Assembly (NCBI GenBank): GCA_964016885.1
Contig: OZ024742.1
Coordinates: 232,376,001 to 232,440,000, forward strand
Source: Eledone cirrhosa
Lineage: Eukaryota
Direction of reading: 5' to 3'
DNA: 64,000 nucleotides
Shown here piece by piece: positions 1-13,160 of the stretch; within the stretch, counting starts at the first letter, position 1; the number at the start of each line of letters is the position of its first letter. Both the position numbers and the translations under genes were made by a program. Under the pieces are notes generated by a model, which saw nothing but the letters and a program-made list of their open reading frames with translations, was not told the DNA's origin and did not search any database.

Positions 1-76
1 GTAAACAAACATCCCGAATTAAGCCGTACAGTGTTTAGCAACCACCATTGCCCTTTTGTTCAACACTGACAAAAGA

Positions 77-119
77 ACGATGTACTAGTTTCAAGCTTAT
101 TAGCTATCGTCAGCACCGT
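77..119 (-). ncRNA. Minimal type I hammerhead ribozyme motif
   Basis: Minus strand acggug-CUGACGA-uagcuaauaagcuu-GAAAC-ua-GUA-caucgu; 6-bp stem I, palindromic stem III/loop. Confidence 0.75.
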
Positions 120-504
120 ATACCTTCCTGCCAGATGATTGAACGTCTGAAAATATATACTTTCCTTATGCATATTAACGGCTGAGCAGCCTAATTTGCA
201 TATCGAGTGAGTTAATCGGCCAGGCGCACTGAAAACGATAAATGGAAAATTGAAACGAAATTTCATTTCTCACTCTTAGTACCGGCTGTTACTTAAATAT
301 AAGTATGTATACCTACATACATATATGTATACAGACGTACAGTAGTATGTATATATATACATACATGCACACATATACATATGTACATATGGATTTACCG
401 AACATTTATTATAATGCTCGGTTTGTTTGTAAACAAACATCTCGAATTAAGCCATACAGTGTTTAGCAACCGTCGTTGCCCTTTTGTTCAACACTAACAA
501 AGGA

Positions 505-547
505 ACGCTGTACTAGTTTCAAGCTTATTAGCTATCGTCAGCACCGT
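505..547 (-). ncRNA. Minimal hammerhead ribozyme motif (second copy)
   Basis: Same core as 77-119, with one stem I mismatch (cagcgu). Confidence 0.7.
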
Positions 548-824
548 ATACCTTCCTGCCAGATGATTGAACGTCTGAAAGTATATACTTTCCCTATGCA
601 TATTAACAGCTGAGCAGCCTAATTTGCATATCGAGTGAGTTAATCACAAACCAAGCATTATAATAAATGTTCGGTAAATCCATACGTACATATATATATG
701 TGTGCATGTATGTATATATATACATACTACTGTACGTCTGTATACATATATGTATGTATACATACTTATATTTAAGTAACAGCCGTACTAAGAGTGAGAA
801 ATGAAATTTTGTTTCATTTTTTCC

Positions 825-855
<31 letters not shown>

Positions 856-2529
856 CTTAAAATGACAACGGAAGGCCATAGAAAATGACAACGGAAGGCC
901 ATAGAGGCTAAAGCACATTTAGTTACGCAAGCCTCCATAAGAACATTTCTTTTACATATTGTTGATTATAAAGCAAATAGAAATTTGAGTATATGGTCTA
1001 TAATTGTAATAGATATAATTGCAGAACAGCTTTTACTTTGGTAATTGAGAACTCTTGCTCATATACACTCCTTTAAAACGATAGAGTGAGAATCTTACTA
1101 ATGTCGAAGGGTATTTCAACAATCCAATTGCAATTATAATTGCTTATGCTGCAATACAGACTAAACACAATGAAAAGCAAAAATAAAGAAATAATAAAGC
1201 TCTTGAAATCAATATACTCAATTAACATAACAATGACCAGCTTCAAGTAAATTTAAAGCTTAGTGGCTGTAAGTAGTTAAGTAATAAACTGTTCACAGTT
1301 TCCAATTTCAATGGAGTGCAATTGATACAGATGGTCACTGTTTTTCAAATGAGAATTACTTAGTTTAAATTCCCATATCAACTTAGTTTATGAGAAAGAA
1401 ACAGGCTGCATTGCAAATGACTTCAGTAATTAGCCTGATAATATTGATCACCTGTAAATAGGTCATGCTTTTAATGACTGGTTGTATGTAGATCTTTCGA
1501 ACTAGGTTTCGAACATTGTTTGGTTAGTGATAATTTTAGAATTTGGCTCCATTGTTGCTGAAAGAGTTCCAGATCAATACTGTGAACACTATTGGACTAT
1601 CTCCAGGTTTCTAGCTCTGGAATCTTGATCTTATGTTTTACTCCCTGAGCCTTCCTCCATAGAAGTTAGGAGATGTATGTATAATCACTTATCATAGACA
1701 GACCACTAACTGTGTTTGATGAGCCCATCTAAGCACATGTATATACAGGAGTCAACGAGGGATCCTCAATGTGGTCACATAACCTGCTAGAAACAGCAGC
1801 CAGTTCACCTATAAATCACAAATCACATCCTAACCATCTTTAAAGAAGAAAGAATATATTGGATAATTTAGTCAGTCCCCAAAGTACTGTGTCTGAGTAG
1901 AAAACAGGATGTCTTTGATCATATCTTACTTGATCAGGACTAACCTGGGGCCACGCAGCAATCTGTGTGTATATATAAGTGTATATATATATATATATAT
2001 ATATACAAGTGACCTCCTGGCCTTCACCCCGGTCTGTACTGTGCTCAAATCTATTCATAAGGCACCTATTGGTATCTATTGTAATGCCCATTTTCATTAA
2101 AATAAAAGATGTTAAAAGGTTTTTAAATATTGCATAACATAATTTTAAAATTTATTTAGAATATGTAAATACTGAAAGTAATAAAGATAATAATAGAAAA
2201 ATGTATTCTATGAACATTATAAAACATTTACAGAACTTCAGTATAGACAGTGTTTTTTAACTTTTTCCTTTGGAGCATATGTGAAGACTGTGGGGGCTTC
2301 CTATTCTAGAACAACCTGCATGCAAATAACCATGTAAGAAACAACCCTCTTCTAGATGGAGACTGACAACCTGCAGGGTTTAACATTGGGACTTGTTAAT
2401 GGTCATTGTGTAACTGACTCTCACTGGGAATTACAATCATTTGAAATGAAAAAGGACATTTGTTGGTATTAGAAGTATTCTAGGTATAAATACGATGTTT
2501 CCCTTACCATCCTTACCATTCTTACATCC

Positions 2530-2830
2530 ATTGAGGATTTTGGCTTCGATAGTGTGAGTTAAGCCACAACCATATGCATCCCATTGCACAATCTTGGCTG
2601 ATCCAGGTTTCTGAGAAGCATGGTGACTGTGCCCTTCTGCAATTCAAGGTTGAGTGGCAGCATACCGGATGAAAAATTCAACAGGATAATGAATAGCTTC
2701 GTCCTCGTTGATAACTTTGTTGATAGACTTATAGGTGTGACTACCTTCAGAGATCATTTGTGAGAGATTTTTGTTGATGGAATTCACTGTGATGTTTTTG
2801 GGGGCAAGGGTTGCTCTTTCACACAGTCAC
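2530..2830 (-). mobile_element. Decayed Helitron PIF1-helicase fragment
   Basis: Minus-strand translation gives LCERATLAPKNITVNSINKNL and SGMLPLNLELQKGTVTMLLRNLDQPRLCNG, matching Helitron helicase motifs (RAILAPKN; MLLRNL..LCNG). Confidence 0.75.
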
Positions 2831-5800
2831 TTTTCATTGAAATGGTGGATTTCAAAATTGGGGAGCTCTTAATTAATTAAGCATACACCGCTTTCCACAA
2901 CAGTACAAAATGATGAAGGATCAAAACATGCTTCAGTATCAAGGGATTGCTTTTCTATAAATTTAAAACGACTGAGAGGTGCCCTATCTGTAACTCAGAG
3001 GGTCCCCTCTCTCCCAACCTTCGTTTTTGGAAAAAGGAGCCATTGGCGAGTGAGTCGGATGTCAGATCAGTCAAAAACAAATGAAAAAAATTCCCTCAAA
3101 AGAAATCTCCAAGGCTGGGAAAATTTGAGGGTCTCTCCTATCTGTTTTCAGAGAAAAAGTGGATTGCAAGCATGTCAGGGGTCAGATTAGTTGAAAACAC
3201 ATGGAAAACTAATTATTACCAAATTTTATTTAGTGTTCTTTGGGGTCATCGTACAAACAAACTCCTTAAATAAGAAATAAAGAGAGATAGATTGAGAGAG
3301 AGAGGTTGAGGGAAATAGCTAGATAGAGAAATTATATGAATGCATAAACCACAAGAGTACCTGTCACAGAGACACTGTGCTAGAAAGAGCAGTAAAATCT
3401 CCCCACCTCGTCCCTTCAATTCCGTTTTTGGAGAAAAAGTCGATGGCGTGCATGTCAGAGGTCAGATTAGTTGAAAACACATAAAAAAACATTAATTATT
3501 ACCAATTTTATTTAGTGTTATTAGGGGTCAATGTACAAACTTCCTTTTTATTGTACAATATAGGAAAAAAAGTGAGAAAAAGTATCTCTATATCACTGGT
3601 ACATAATGTTGTTTATACCAAATAACCATTATTTTCCAAGAACCAGTTGCCCTTAAAAAAGTTTATGTTGAGAAAGTTCATAAAGCTGGTGACATTGTTT
3701 TTTCTTTTTAAACCTCAAAATCTTTTCCATTCCTGCAGAGTTCTGAAGACCCCCCCCCCCCCCCCAAAAAAAAAACAAGCAAGCAAACTTTATATTTTGC
3801 ATCTCTCATTGCAACCCCCAGCAGTCATAATATTTAATCAATATACATTCTGTTTCCTAAAACATGAATAATCAAATTATGAATCTAATGCTTTAATCAC
3901 TAAACCATGCACCTTTACAATTATATGTAAGAAGCTTTAAGTTATACACCAAACAGCTTAATAATGAGAAACAATTCCAAATTATTGATTATTTTAAAAA
4001 TTATTTGAAACAAATAGGTAGTGTCTTTCATTAGAAATATAGTAACAAAAGGGTTAACATTGCTTGATGTCACTAAGTGCTTTTTTCGTCTAATATAATG
4101 TTCTGTTCACTTCCAGATCACATTAGTGCAAGGTAAGGGGGGCAGATTCTAATGTTTTGGTTATTACAGATCTTCAGAAACTTTCTGTATTAACTGAAAT
4201 TAGATTTTGCTTAAACCTTTCATTACCATATCAAATTTTGAAAATAATTGAGAATTTGGCAGGATTTAGTAATATAACTAGCTATCTTATTATTAAGTTA
4301 GTGTTAAGAACATAACAAAGGTTCTTACATAAAATTATGACACAAGATTTTAGATAAATATAAACACTTAAAAATAAACGGATTTCTATCATAGAAGCAG
4401 AGTCAGTTTCAGGCTGTTTGGTATAGAATGGGTTAAACTATGATCCGACACAAGAAACAGGAACAATACTATTGAGATATTTTGGCTAAAAGACTAAGAT
4501 AAATTCATTTGCAATTATAATTTTGTCAAAAAGAGCATCTGGCCATGGAATACTAACTCAAAGGATCTCATCCAACCCATGCCAATATGAAAAAAATGGG
4601 CATAAAATACGATTATAATGAATTTAAATAATTACTATTCAGTCTTCTTTAAGATCTTTAAACTGTCCTAGATAATGTTTGATGTTAATTTTCAAACTAT
4701 TGTAAGTAGTTATAGATTTATATTAATTTTTTAGCTTTTGTGAGTGGACCATATATACTTGTGTATAGGTTGCATTGGTAAAAAAGTCACACCTCCATTT
4801 GGCATTCAATATTTACGTAGCATATATTTTGAATTGAAGTTTTGTAAACCCAGAAGATAAGTCACATATTGGTTTTTGATATATCTTTGTGGGGAAAAGT
4901 ACAGTTTATACACAAGTATATACTGTAGTTTTAAGTCTACACTAATTTTCCAGCTGTTGTGAATAGTAAAGAAGGGTGATGATAGGGGTTAGTAGATAAG
5001 GACAGATCAGTTGAAATCCCTTGTTACATAGGCACTGTGATGGAAGAGAGGTAGTGATAGTGGAGGTGGTGCTGGGATTGAGTATGGATAGACTCCATGT
5101 CATCGCTCTTACTCAGGTGGCATGAAACAGTGAATAGGTGAGGGGGTCAGTGATAAACAAGAGGGTAACAAAGGGGGAGGCATTAGATGAAAACTCAGCA
5201 GGAGCATAATGGATGAGGGACCCATTAAAGAGAACTTTTTAGTCTGGCTAAGGACATGCCAACCTCTCTAGTGCTGGTACAACTATAAAGTGGTTGTTAA
5301 TAGAGAAAGCATTCATCATCAAACTATGCTAAATGTTGAATGTATGAGTAAGACATGGTCCTTCAATCTGTCTAGCAGCATGGTAACTCCAAATAAGAAC
5401 TGACTCTGGTCATGACAACCTGTTCAACATTTTCCTGCATGGAAAGCCGATGTAAAATGATGATAATGATTGATTTTCAAGCTATTGTGAGTAGCTTTAG
5501 ACCTACACTGATTTTCAGACTGTTTTGCCTAGATTTTGATCTAAACTAATTTTCAAGCTGTTATGTGTAGTTTTAAATCAATACTTGTTTTCAAATATCT
5601 TCATAAATTTCAAGCACTATTTCAATATATTGTGCAATATTGATTTCTAATATTGACCCAAAGCCTCAACTTTGATAAAGGTGTATAGTCAATTATATTG
5701 GGATCCCCAGTACATGACTTTATTTTATCAACCCTAGAATGATGAAAAGTCAAGTTGACCTCAATGAAATATATTATGTAATATTGTGAAAGTATGCACC

Positions 5801-6435
5801 CTATTAATTAGGGTGTTGTACTTGTGATTGTCAGTTTGATTCCTGGACCAGATGGAGTATTGTGTTTTGGAGCAAGACACTATATTTCACATTACTTAAG
5901 TCCACTCAGCTAAAAATGAGTACTAACAATAGCTGGTGGATAAACTCTGAGATGAATAGTCTTGTACTTTCAGTTGCTTAATGCCTGTGAAGCTGGGATA
6001 AGTTTTGGCTTAATGAACCTCTAGGCTTGGGACAGACATTAACTTTACTAACATAAATGTAGATTAGCTGAATAAAGATACAAACAGGCAAAACTTTTGG
6101 GTAATTTTTTTTCACAATAACAACACATCTTAAAGGTTTTGTAATAAAATTTATTAGCTGTGTGGTTAAGAAGTTTGCTTCTCAGCCAAATGGTTTTTGG
6201 TTTGATCCCACTGTTTGATCTACTGTAGATTTAGATTAACTAATGCCTTCTGAGTGGAGTTAGGTAGATATGAGTGGAAGCCTGGTGTATATATATGTGC
6301 ATGTATGTCTGGGTCTGTATTGGCATAGCATGGTTGAATGTTTAAGAGGTTACCTTTGCAATCATTAGGTCCCTGGTTTGATCCCACTGTATGGCTTGTT
6401 TGACAAGTGCCTCCTACTGTAGATTTAGATTAACT

Positions 6436-6602
6436 AGGTGGTTTCCAAAGTGGGTTCCACAAAGGAGTGTCTGGGGTTCCATGAAAAAAGGTAAAGGAGT
6501 ATATTTATATTATGACCATATAACAGTATTAGACTTTGGGGTTCCCTCAAAAGTTTCTGAACCAAAAAGGGTTCTGCGTTTGAAAACAGTTGGGAAACTT
6601 TG
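6436..6602. mobile_element. hAT-type MITE inserted into a locally duplicated SINE-like segment
   Basis: Imperfect TIRs (aggtggtttccaa / ttgggaaacttt), 8-bp TSD gattaact; the host segment (about 6220-6390) recurs at about 6415-6760. Confidence 0.55.
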
Positions 6603-7126
6603 GATTAACTAATGCCTTCTGAGTGGAATTAGGTAGATGATATGTGTGGAAGCCTGGTGTGTATATATGTGCATGTGTATCTGGGTCTGTATTGGCATAG
6701 CATGGTTGAATATTTAAGAGGTTTCCTTTGCAACCATTAGGTCCCTGGTTTGATCCTACTGCTTGTCATTTGCCATAGGCTTGGAGCAACCCATGTTTTG
6801 TGAGTAAAATTAAATAGACTGAATAAGTTTGGATATCTGTTGGATGGACTGTAACTGTAGTTGAAAGAGCCAGCCTTGTCACATACTGTGACATACTGAA
6901 TATCCATGAAAATTGTGTTAATGGTACACATGTCTTGAATGCTCAGTTTCTTACATGTTAATTTAATGAGTCGGCTGTTGCCTTGATCAAACAACTAGAA
7001 CACACATTGTTAAAATTGACAGAGGTCTATCCTTGATATATATGTGTGTTTATCTCTGAGTTTGTGTTTACCATTGTAAACTGGTGTCAAGATGCATCAC
7101 TTTATGTCACATGTACTACTTAGTTA

Positions 7127-7129
<3 letters not shown>

Positions 7130-7158
<29 letters not shown>

Positions 7159-7530
7159 TTTACGTCCACTTTTCCCTGCTTGCAAGGGTGGGACGGGAAC
7201 TGATTCTGGCTTGATTTCTACAGCTGGATGCCCTTCCTAACACCAACCTCATTTACAGTGAGTGCTGGGTGCTTTTTTGTCGTGGCACCTCCATGACCAC
7301 TTTGCAGTGTGGGCTGGGTGCTTTTTTGCCGTGGCACCTACACGTCCACTTTACAGTGGAATGATAGGGACCCCAGTCCTATCATCTCATTTCTACAGCT
7401 GAGTAAACTGGAGCAATGTGAAATAAAGTGCCTTGCTCAAGGAAACAACACGTCACCCGGTCTGAGAATTGAACTCACAACCTTTCGATTGCAAGCCCAA
7501 TGCTCTAACCACTAAGCCATGTGCCTTCAT
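7130..7530 (-). mobile_element. SINE with RTE-like (GAT)n tail
   Basis: Near-identical to 50994-51326; tRNA-like head on the minus strand (ggcttagtggttagagc...gagttcaattc), (cat)n tail. Confidence 0.75.
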
Positions 7531-7664
7531 ATTCAGTAGATAGATATCTGTAGAAAAGGGTGGGGTTGATATGATTGACAACTGTGAAGGCAGTGCAGTG
7601 CCCAGTATGGCACTGTCTAATGACAATCCAGTAAAAAGATTATATATATATATATATATATATA

Positions 7665-7741
7665 GTGTCCCCCCAAAAAATTGTATACACACTTCAACAG
7701 CATTCTAATTAAAGTGAGTATACATTTTTGGAGACACTCTG
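7665..7741. mobile_element. About 80-bp Tc1/mariner-type MITE
   Basis: TIRs gtgtcc..aaaa.tgtatac / gtatacatttttggagacac in a TA context; second copy at 34712-34789. Confidence 0.6.
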
Positions 7742-8382
7742 TATATGTATGTATGCAATGAAATATATATGTTTGTGTGTATGCATATGTACTTATATAT
7801 GTCTTTATATATATGCATGTGTTTTAGAGAGAGATTCCGTCTACTCAAATGATGATATCTCTGTGTGTATGTGTACATATGTGTATACATTTAATCACAT
7901 ATATTATAAACAATTATTTGTATACATTGCAAAATATAATCTGTGCTTATAAGATAATTTTTCTTGAATCGGAGTTCTTAAAAAATGTGAAAGATATTTC
8001 ATGTTTCCTACTTTCTGAAGTTATTTGTTTATATTATATCATAAACAGTTGATACTAATACATTTTTCTTGTAAATAATGTAAATAATTTATTTCTATAA
8101 GGAAAAACTCTGCACATAAAATTGTCTCAAATGTGTTGCATCTAGTGATTTGCATTATAACTATTTCCCATTTCAAATTTAGCTGGGACCTATAACTTAG
8201 AAAAAACAAACATATATATTTATATATATCATCATCATCATAATTTAATGTCCACTTTCCATGCTAGCATGGGTTAGATGGATCGTCCCATTTGAGGCAA
8301 GTTGGGTCAGGTGATCATGTCTTTATCATACAGAACTGTTTCTGGCTAGATTTCTACAGCTGGATGCCTTTCCTAATGCTAA

Positions 8383-8630
8383 CCACATTTACAGTGTGGA
8401 CTGGGTGCTTTTTGTTGTGACACCTACATGACCACTTTACAGTGTGGGCTGGGAGCTTTTTGTCTTGACACCTACATGACCACTTTACAGTGTAGGCTGG
8501 GAGCTTTTTGTTGTGACACCTACACGACTACTTTACAGTGTAGGCTGGGTGCTTTTTGTCATGACACTACACAACCACTTTACAGTGTAGACTGGGTGCT
8601 TTTTGTCATGGTACCTACATGACCACCTTA
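8383..8630. repeat. 48-bp minisatellite (about 5 copies) inside a SINE/RTE-tail element
   Basis: Unit accactttacagtgtgggctgggagctttttgtcttgacacctacatg; period 48 (8431, 8479...). Confidence 0.85.
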
Positions 8631-10236
8631 TATATATAAATTCTGTGGAATTTTCTCCTTTCTTAACATTAACTTAACACTTTTGATACCACCCCACCGA
8701 AAATACCTTTTGGTTCTGTGAAACAAAACCACCCATTTTAAAGGGTTCCTACTTAAATTAAAATCTTCCAACAATTTTATATAAGAACATTTTGTTAAGT
8801 TATGCTACAAATACTATTTTAATATTGGAATAATTAATAATTGTTTCTACTTTTGGCACAAGGCCAGCAATTACCCAGTACATTACTGGTACTTTATTTT
8901 ATCGACCCCGTAAGGATGAAAGGCAAAGTTGTAATGTTAGTCAATCTCTCCAAATTCTCCATTAATATTTTTATTACTAAGCTGCTGAAATTGACTTTGG
9001 TTCTATGAAACAAAACCACCCATTTTAAAGGGTTCCCATTTAAATTTGCCCACATCATTTTTATACAAGAACCATTACTATTTTAGTAAATCCTTCAAAC
9101 TTGTTCACTAATTAATTGAAATAGAGTGTATTTCATTAAAAATACAGTAATTAAAGAATTAAAATACAGTGTATCTCATTAGAAATAGATAATGAACGGG
9201 TTCAATTTAATTTATTCTGTATGATAAGCTTAGGTTGACATGTAGTAAAAGCAGTGTTGTTTCACTTGTGTTGGCTTAGCCTTGTCAGAAGCTTCCCGTC
9301 AGACTGCACCATTACAACATATTTTGATGTGGCTTCTGCCTCTTATCATCATTAATATTTAACATCCACTTTCTATGTTTGTATAGGTTAGATGGGTTGT
9401 TGTGTACTGAAGCTGACTGATCAGATGACTATGTCCTGCTCATACATTCCATTTTGGTTTGGTTTCTATTGCTGAAAGCCCTTCCTAACATCAACCACTT
9501 TACAGCATGTACTGGGAGCATGGCTGGGTGCCTTTCTTAATGCTAACCACTTTATAGCGCATACAGGGAGCATTTTATTTTATAATGACTCTGGCCCTAC
9601 CAGCTTACATTATGGACTTGGTGCTTTTTGTTGTGGCACCAGCACTACCATCTTATAGGGAGGATTGGGTGCTTTTCATTGTGACACCAACACTACTATC
9701 TTGCAGGGTGAACTGATTATTTTTCATTGTAGTACTGACACTATTATACTCCAAGCTTCAGTAATGTATCATACAGCCTTCCTTAAATATAAATCAATGA
9801 CCTACTTGCTGTCACTTCTCACAATATACACTCCAATGCAGATACTCTTTAACATTCCTCACAAAGGCATCATTCACAAGCAACTCAAACACTTCCTGCC
9901 AGGCATTACTTTTTTGATATTGACCTTGAGAGCATTTTTCAATTGAGACTTGACAACTTTTCAACTGCACAAAAATGATCACTACACATATCAAGCAAAT
10001 AGATTTCTATTTTATGCTTTCTCACCATGAATAATACAAAACAATAACCCTCATAGTCACTACAAATGCTTAACTTTACAATTTCTGATGATCTCTCATG
10101 GTGTGTCCACATTGCCAAAACTATGTACCAAAGACTAAGATTCTTCTTTAGGACCAATAATATACTTTAGGTCCAGGGCCAAATTAAGCCCCTTTGAAGC
10201 CTAAAAGATTATGGTGCATCCCATAAGTCTTCCAAA

Positions 10237-10450
10237 GGGTAGTGGATTGTCAGTATCGGTAGAGCGTCAGACAACATGCTTTGGCGCATATATTTAAGGT
10301 TCTTTACATTCCGAGTTCAAATCACGCTGAGGTTAGCTTTGCCTTTCATCCTTACAGGGTTGATAAAATAAAGCACCTGTAATGCTCTGGGGGTCAATTT
10401 TATCGACTTTCCCCTTCCCTCAAATTTGCGCCTATAGTAGAAATCATTAT
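10237..10450 (+). mobile_element. tRNA-derived SINE (Nin-domain-like core); family with at least 10 copies in the window
   Basis: Core gcctttcatccttacggggtcgataaaataaagtaccag; other copies at about 8835, 17960, 35847, 40390, 40885, 43880, 44425, 44905, 46826 and 60191. Confidence 0.8.
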
Positions 10451-11921
10451 TTTTGGAATAACAAATACGTTTTATTTGAACAAAATGGTACCCCTTTTCC
10501 CTTGTTGCCTTAAGCATTTGTTTATTTTACTTAACGGTTAATCCAGCTCTGTTAAAACCTGATCAGTTGATAATATTCTTCAAAACTCAAGTATGATACA
10601 CATTGGAGTATTGCTCACATGTATGAAACAGTGGTGCTGCTACTACATGTACACAAACATCCACATCCCAAAGAAGAAGGTTATTTGACTGATTGGCAAT
10701 GATTCACTCAAAAAAACATTTCAAATACTAGTTCACTGTGTTATCTTTCTTAGTCCCTTTTTATTATTACTATTGCAGTATCTATTTTTCTGAGATGACT
10801 AGATGTATACTTTGTCTATGTGGGCCCACACAACCCATCTTTCTCTTCCCATCCCGTTATTTTCCAGACTCCACATTTTCCTAGTAGACAATGACTCATT
10901 CACATCCAAACTTATCAGTCTCATAGAACTTACAAAAGTCATGGGCACTGCCCCTCCTCCCCAAGCTAACTTATTTATAAAGAAAGAGTACATAAAAGGA
11001 AAGTCAAAATGCTTTTTCTTTTGTTCTTCAAGTAATTACTTGGAAAATATTTGAGAGTTGATGCATTATTTAAATGTTAAAATTATTATCAATAAGATTT
11101 ATAGATTATATATTTAATCATATGCAGTCATCTATATATCTAAAACAGAGAATATCTGTCTGTCTGTCTGACTCCCTAAAACTCGAGAACCACCCAACCG
11201 ATTTTTTTCAAACTTTACACATGTAATACTTATGGTCCTGTGAGTGTTTTTGACCAAAAGATATTTCAAATTTTCAATGCCCTAGGGGCCGCATTAGGCG
11301 ATTTAGCAATCTCTCTCTATAATTCTTAGTCTTTCTTTTTAGATAGATACATAGATATAACGTTGCGCCCTTATATCATTAAAATAAATTATTTCTGAAT
11401 TTAGAAAAGTTCTGTACTCTGATTTTTGTATATCTTTACACTAAAAAAGTATATTTATTGATAAAAGGGAAAAGACAGGAATGTTATTTACAAAAGTGCA
11501 AGGGTAAAAGTATTGGAAAACATTAATATGATTAATGTTTAAGGTAGTTCCAGATTTATGTATTTCATTAGGATGAAGAATTGTATCTGTTGTTTTAAAC
11601 ATAACATACTAGGTAGCAAGCCATAAAGTCTGTTGTTCAGGAAACCATTAATAATACCAAATGTTGCCATTAGAATAAATGGCTTCCTCTATGTACAGCT
11701 TAGGAAGCTATTTAGTGTTGTAATTAGTGAATATATTTTAACAATTAAAATAACTTACAGGTTGTTAAACATATGAATATGCTATAGTCTTACATGACCA
11801 AGTTTAGTGCATTTCATTCTATTAGTATCTAGCTTATTTTTGAATACCTAGAGATTTAGGTAGCAGTAACTATTCACAGTGAATGTAGCATAGTTTTTTC
11901 TTGGTTCTGTATATAGAAACA

Positions 11922-12390
11922 TCTATGTATAAATTTGAGCGACTTCCGTCTGTCTGTCCTTCCGTTACACACTAGAAATGACTGAGGAAGGAAGGGGTGA
12001 TGACGTCACATATTAGAGATGATTGAGGAAGGAAGGGGCGATGACGACACACACTAGAGATGATTGAGGAAGGAAGGGGTGATGATGTCACACACTAGAG
12101 ATAATTGAGGAAGGAAGGGGTGATGATGTCACACACTAGGGATGACTGAGAAAGGAAGGTGTGATGACAAACTACAGAAAACAATCTAACATTCACTACA
12201 CTTGTGTGTACAATCTATTGGGTCAAGTATGAAATTTCTAGAAATTTCTAGAAAAAAAACAAATCTCTACAAATTTCATACTTGTTGACCCAATATATAT
12301 AAATTTGACTTATTTTTGTAAGTGTGTCTGTGTTTGCGTATTTATAATAATATACTCATACATGCATCAGTGTGTTGAAAACAAATCTAG
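11922..12390 (+). mobile_element. Non-autonomous Helitron-like element with internal minisatellite and nested MITE
   Basis: A|TCTAT...(ctgt)n start and CTAG|T end; about 40-bp unit cacactagagatgattgaggaaggaaggggtgatgatgtca x5 (11968-12170); palindromic MITE 12216-12296. Confidence 0.6.
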
Positions 12391-12539
12391 TATATTTAAA
12401 ACATATTTAAACTTAAGACACAGTGATTCAAAAAATTACAACAATGCAGTTGGAGAAAACAATCTCAGCAACGACAGCTAAATGGTTGGTCTTTGAATCA
12501 GCAATGAAAAGATAAAAGTGATGATTATTGTGGAGGCAC

Positions 12540-13160
12540 AGCAGTAACTATTCCAGATGGAGAGCTAAACTCTGGAGATTGTTAACTAATGATGATAATT
12601 TGAAAACTGATGTAGAGAAGTGACTCTGCAAACCTGGAACTGTCTTCCAACACTTGAAGCATGTATGGTATAACTCCTCCATCAACCAAGGCACCAAATT
12701 TCACCTGTATACAGCAGTCATCATTCGAAAACAGTGGCTTATGCTTGTGAGACAGGACAAAGACCAGTAGAATTTATTGAACTGCAGATGTCTTCTACAA
12801 ATGTTGCCTTAGGACCATACTAAAAATTTCTTGGTATGACCACATGAATAAAGAAGTTATGGAAAGAACTGGATTGTGTAACTTATAGAGTACCATCACA
12901 GTAAAATAGTAGAAGATGCTTGGCCTTAAGCTATGCATGTATACAAAGAGACCAATAAGAGCCCTTCTCAAGTGGTAGCCATAGGTGGACAAGAGTGTAG
13001 GAGATGAGGCAAATCTGTCAAAATCTAGTTGAGGATTTTAGAGAAGGACCTGGCAAACATTGGCCTGGTTTGGAAGTAGGCTCATGACAAGGCTTACAGT
13101 CATGCTAGCTGGAGATCTCTCATTGCATGATGTTCCATAGGTAGCAGGAGGAACTATCTA
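12540..13160 (+). mobile_element. Highly decayed RTE-LINE 3' fragment
   Basis: Remnants such as CLRTILKISWYDH and ALLKW; many stop codons. Confidence 0.5.

Larger units (their letters stand above)
1..828 (-). mobile_element. Penelope pLTR-like mini-element with direct and inverted repeats
   Basis: Block A (1-217) is repeated at 429-647; block B (about 238-426) is repeated inverted at about 647-828; ends in (TA)n; each A copy carries a hammerhead motif. Confidence 0.65.

Noticed and set aside
10237-10330. tRNA gene-like A/B boxes
   Set aside because: These are SINE heads without a full cloverleaf, repeated many times with a common body.
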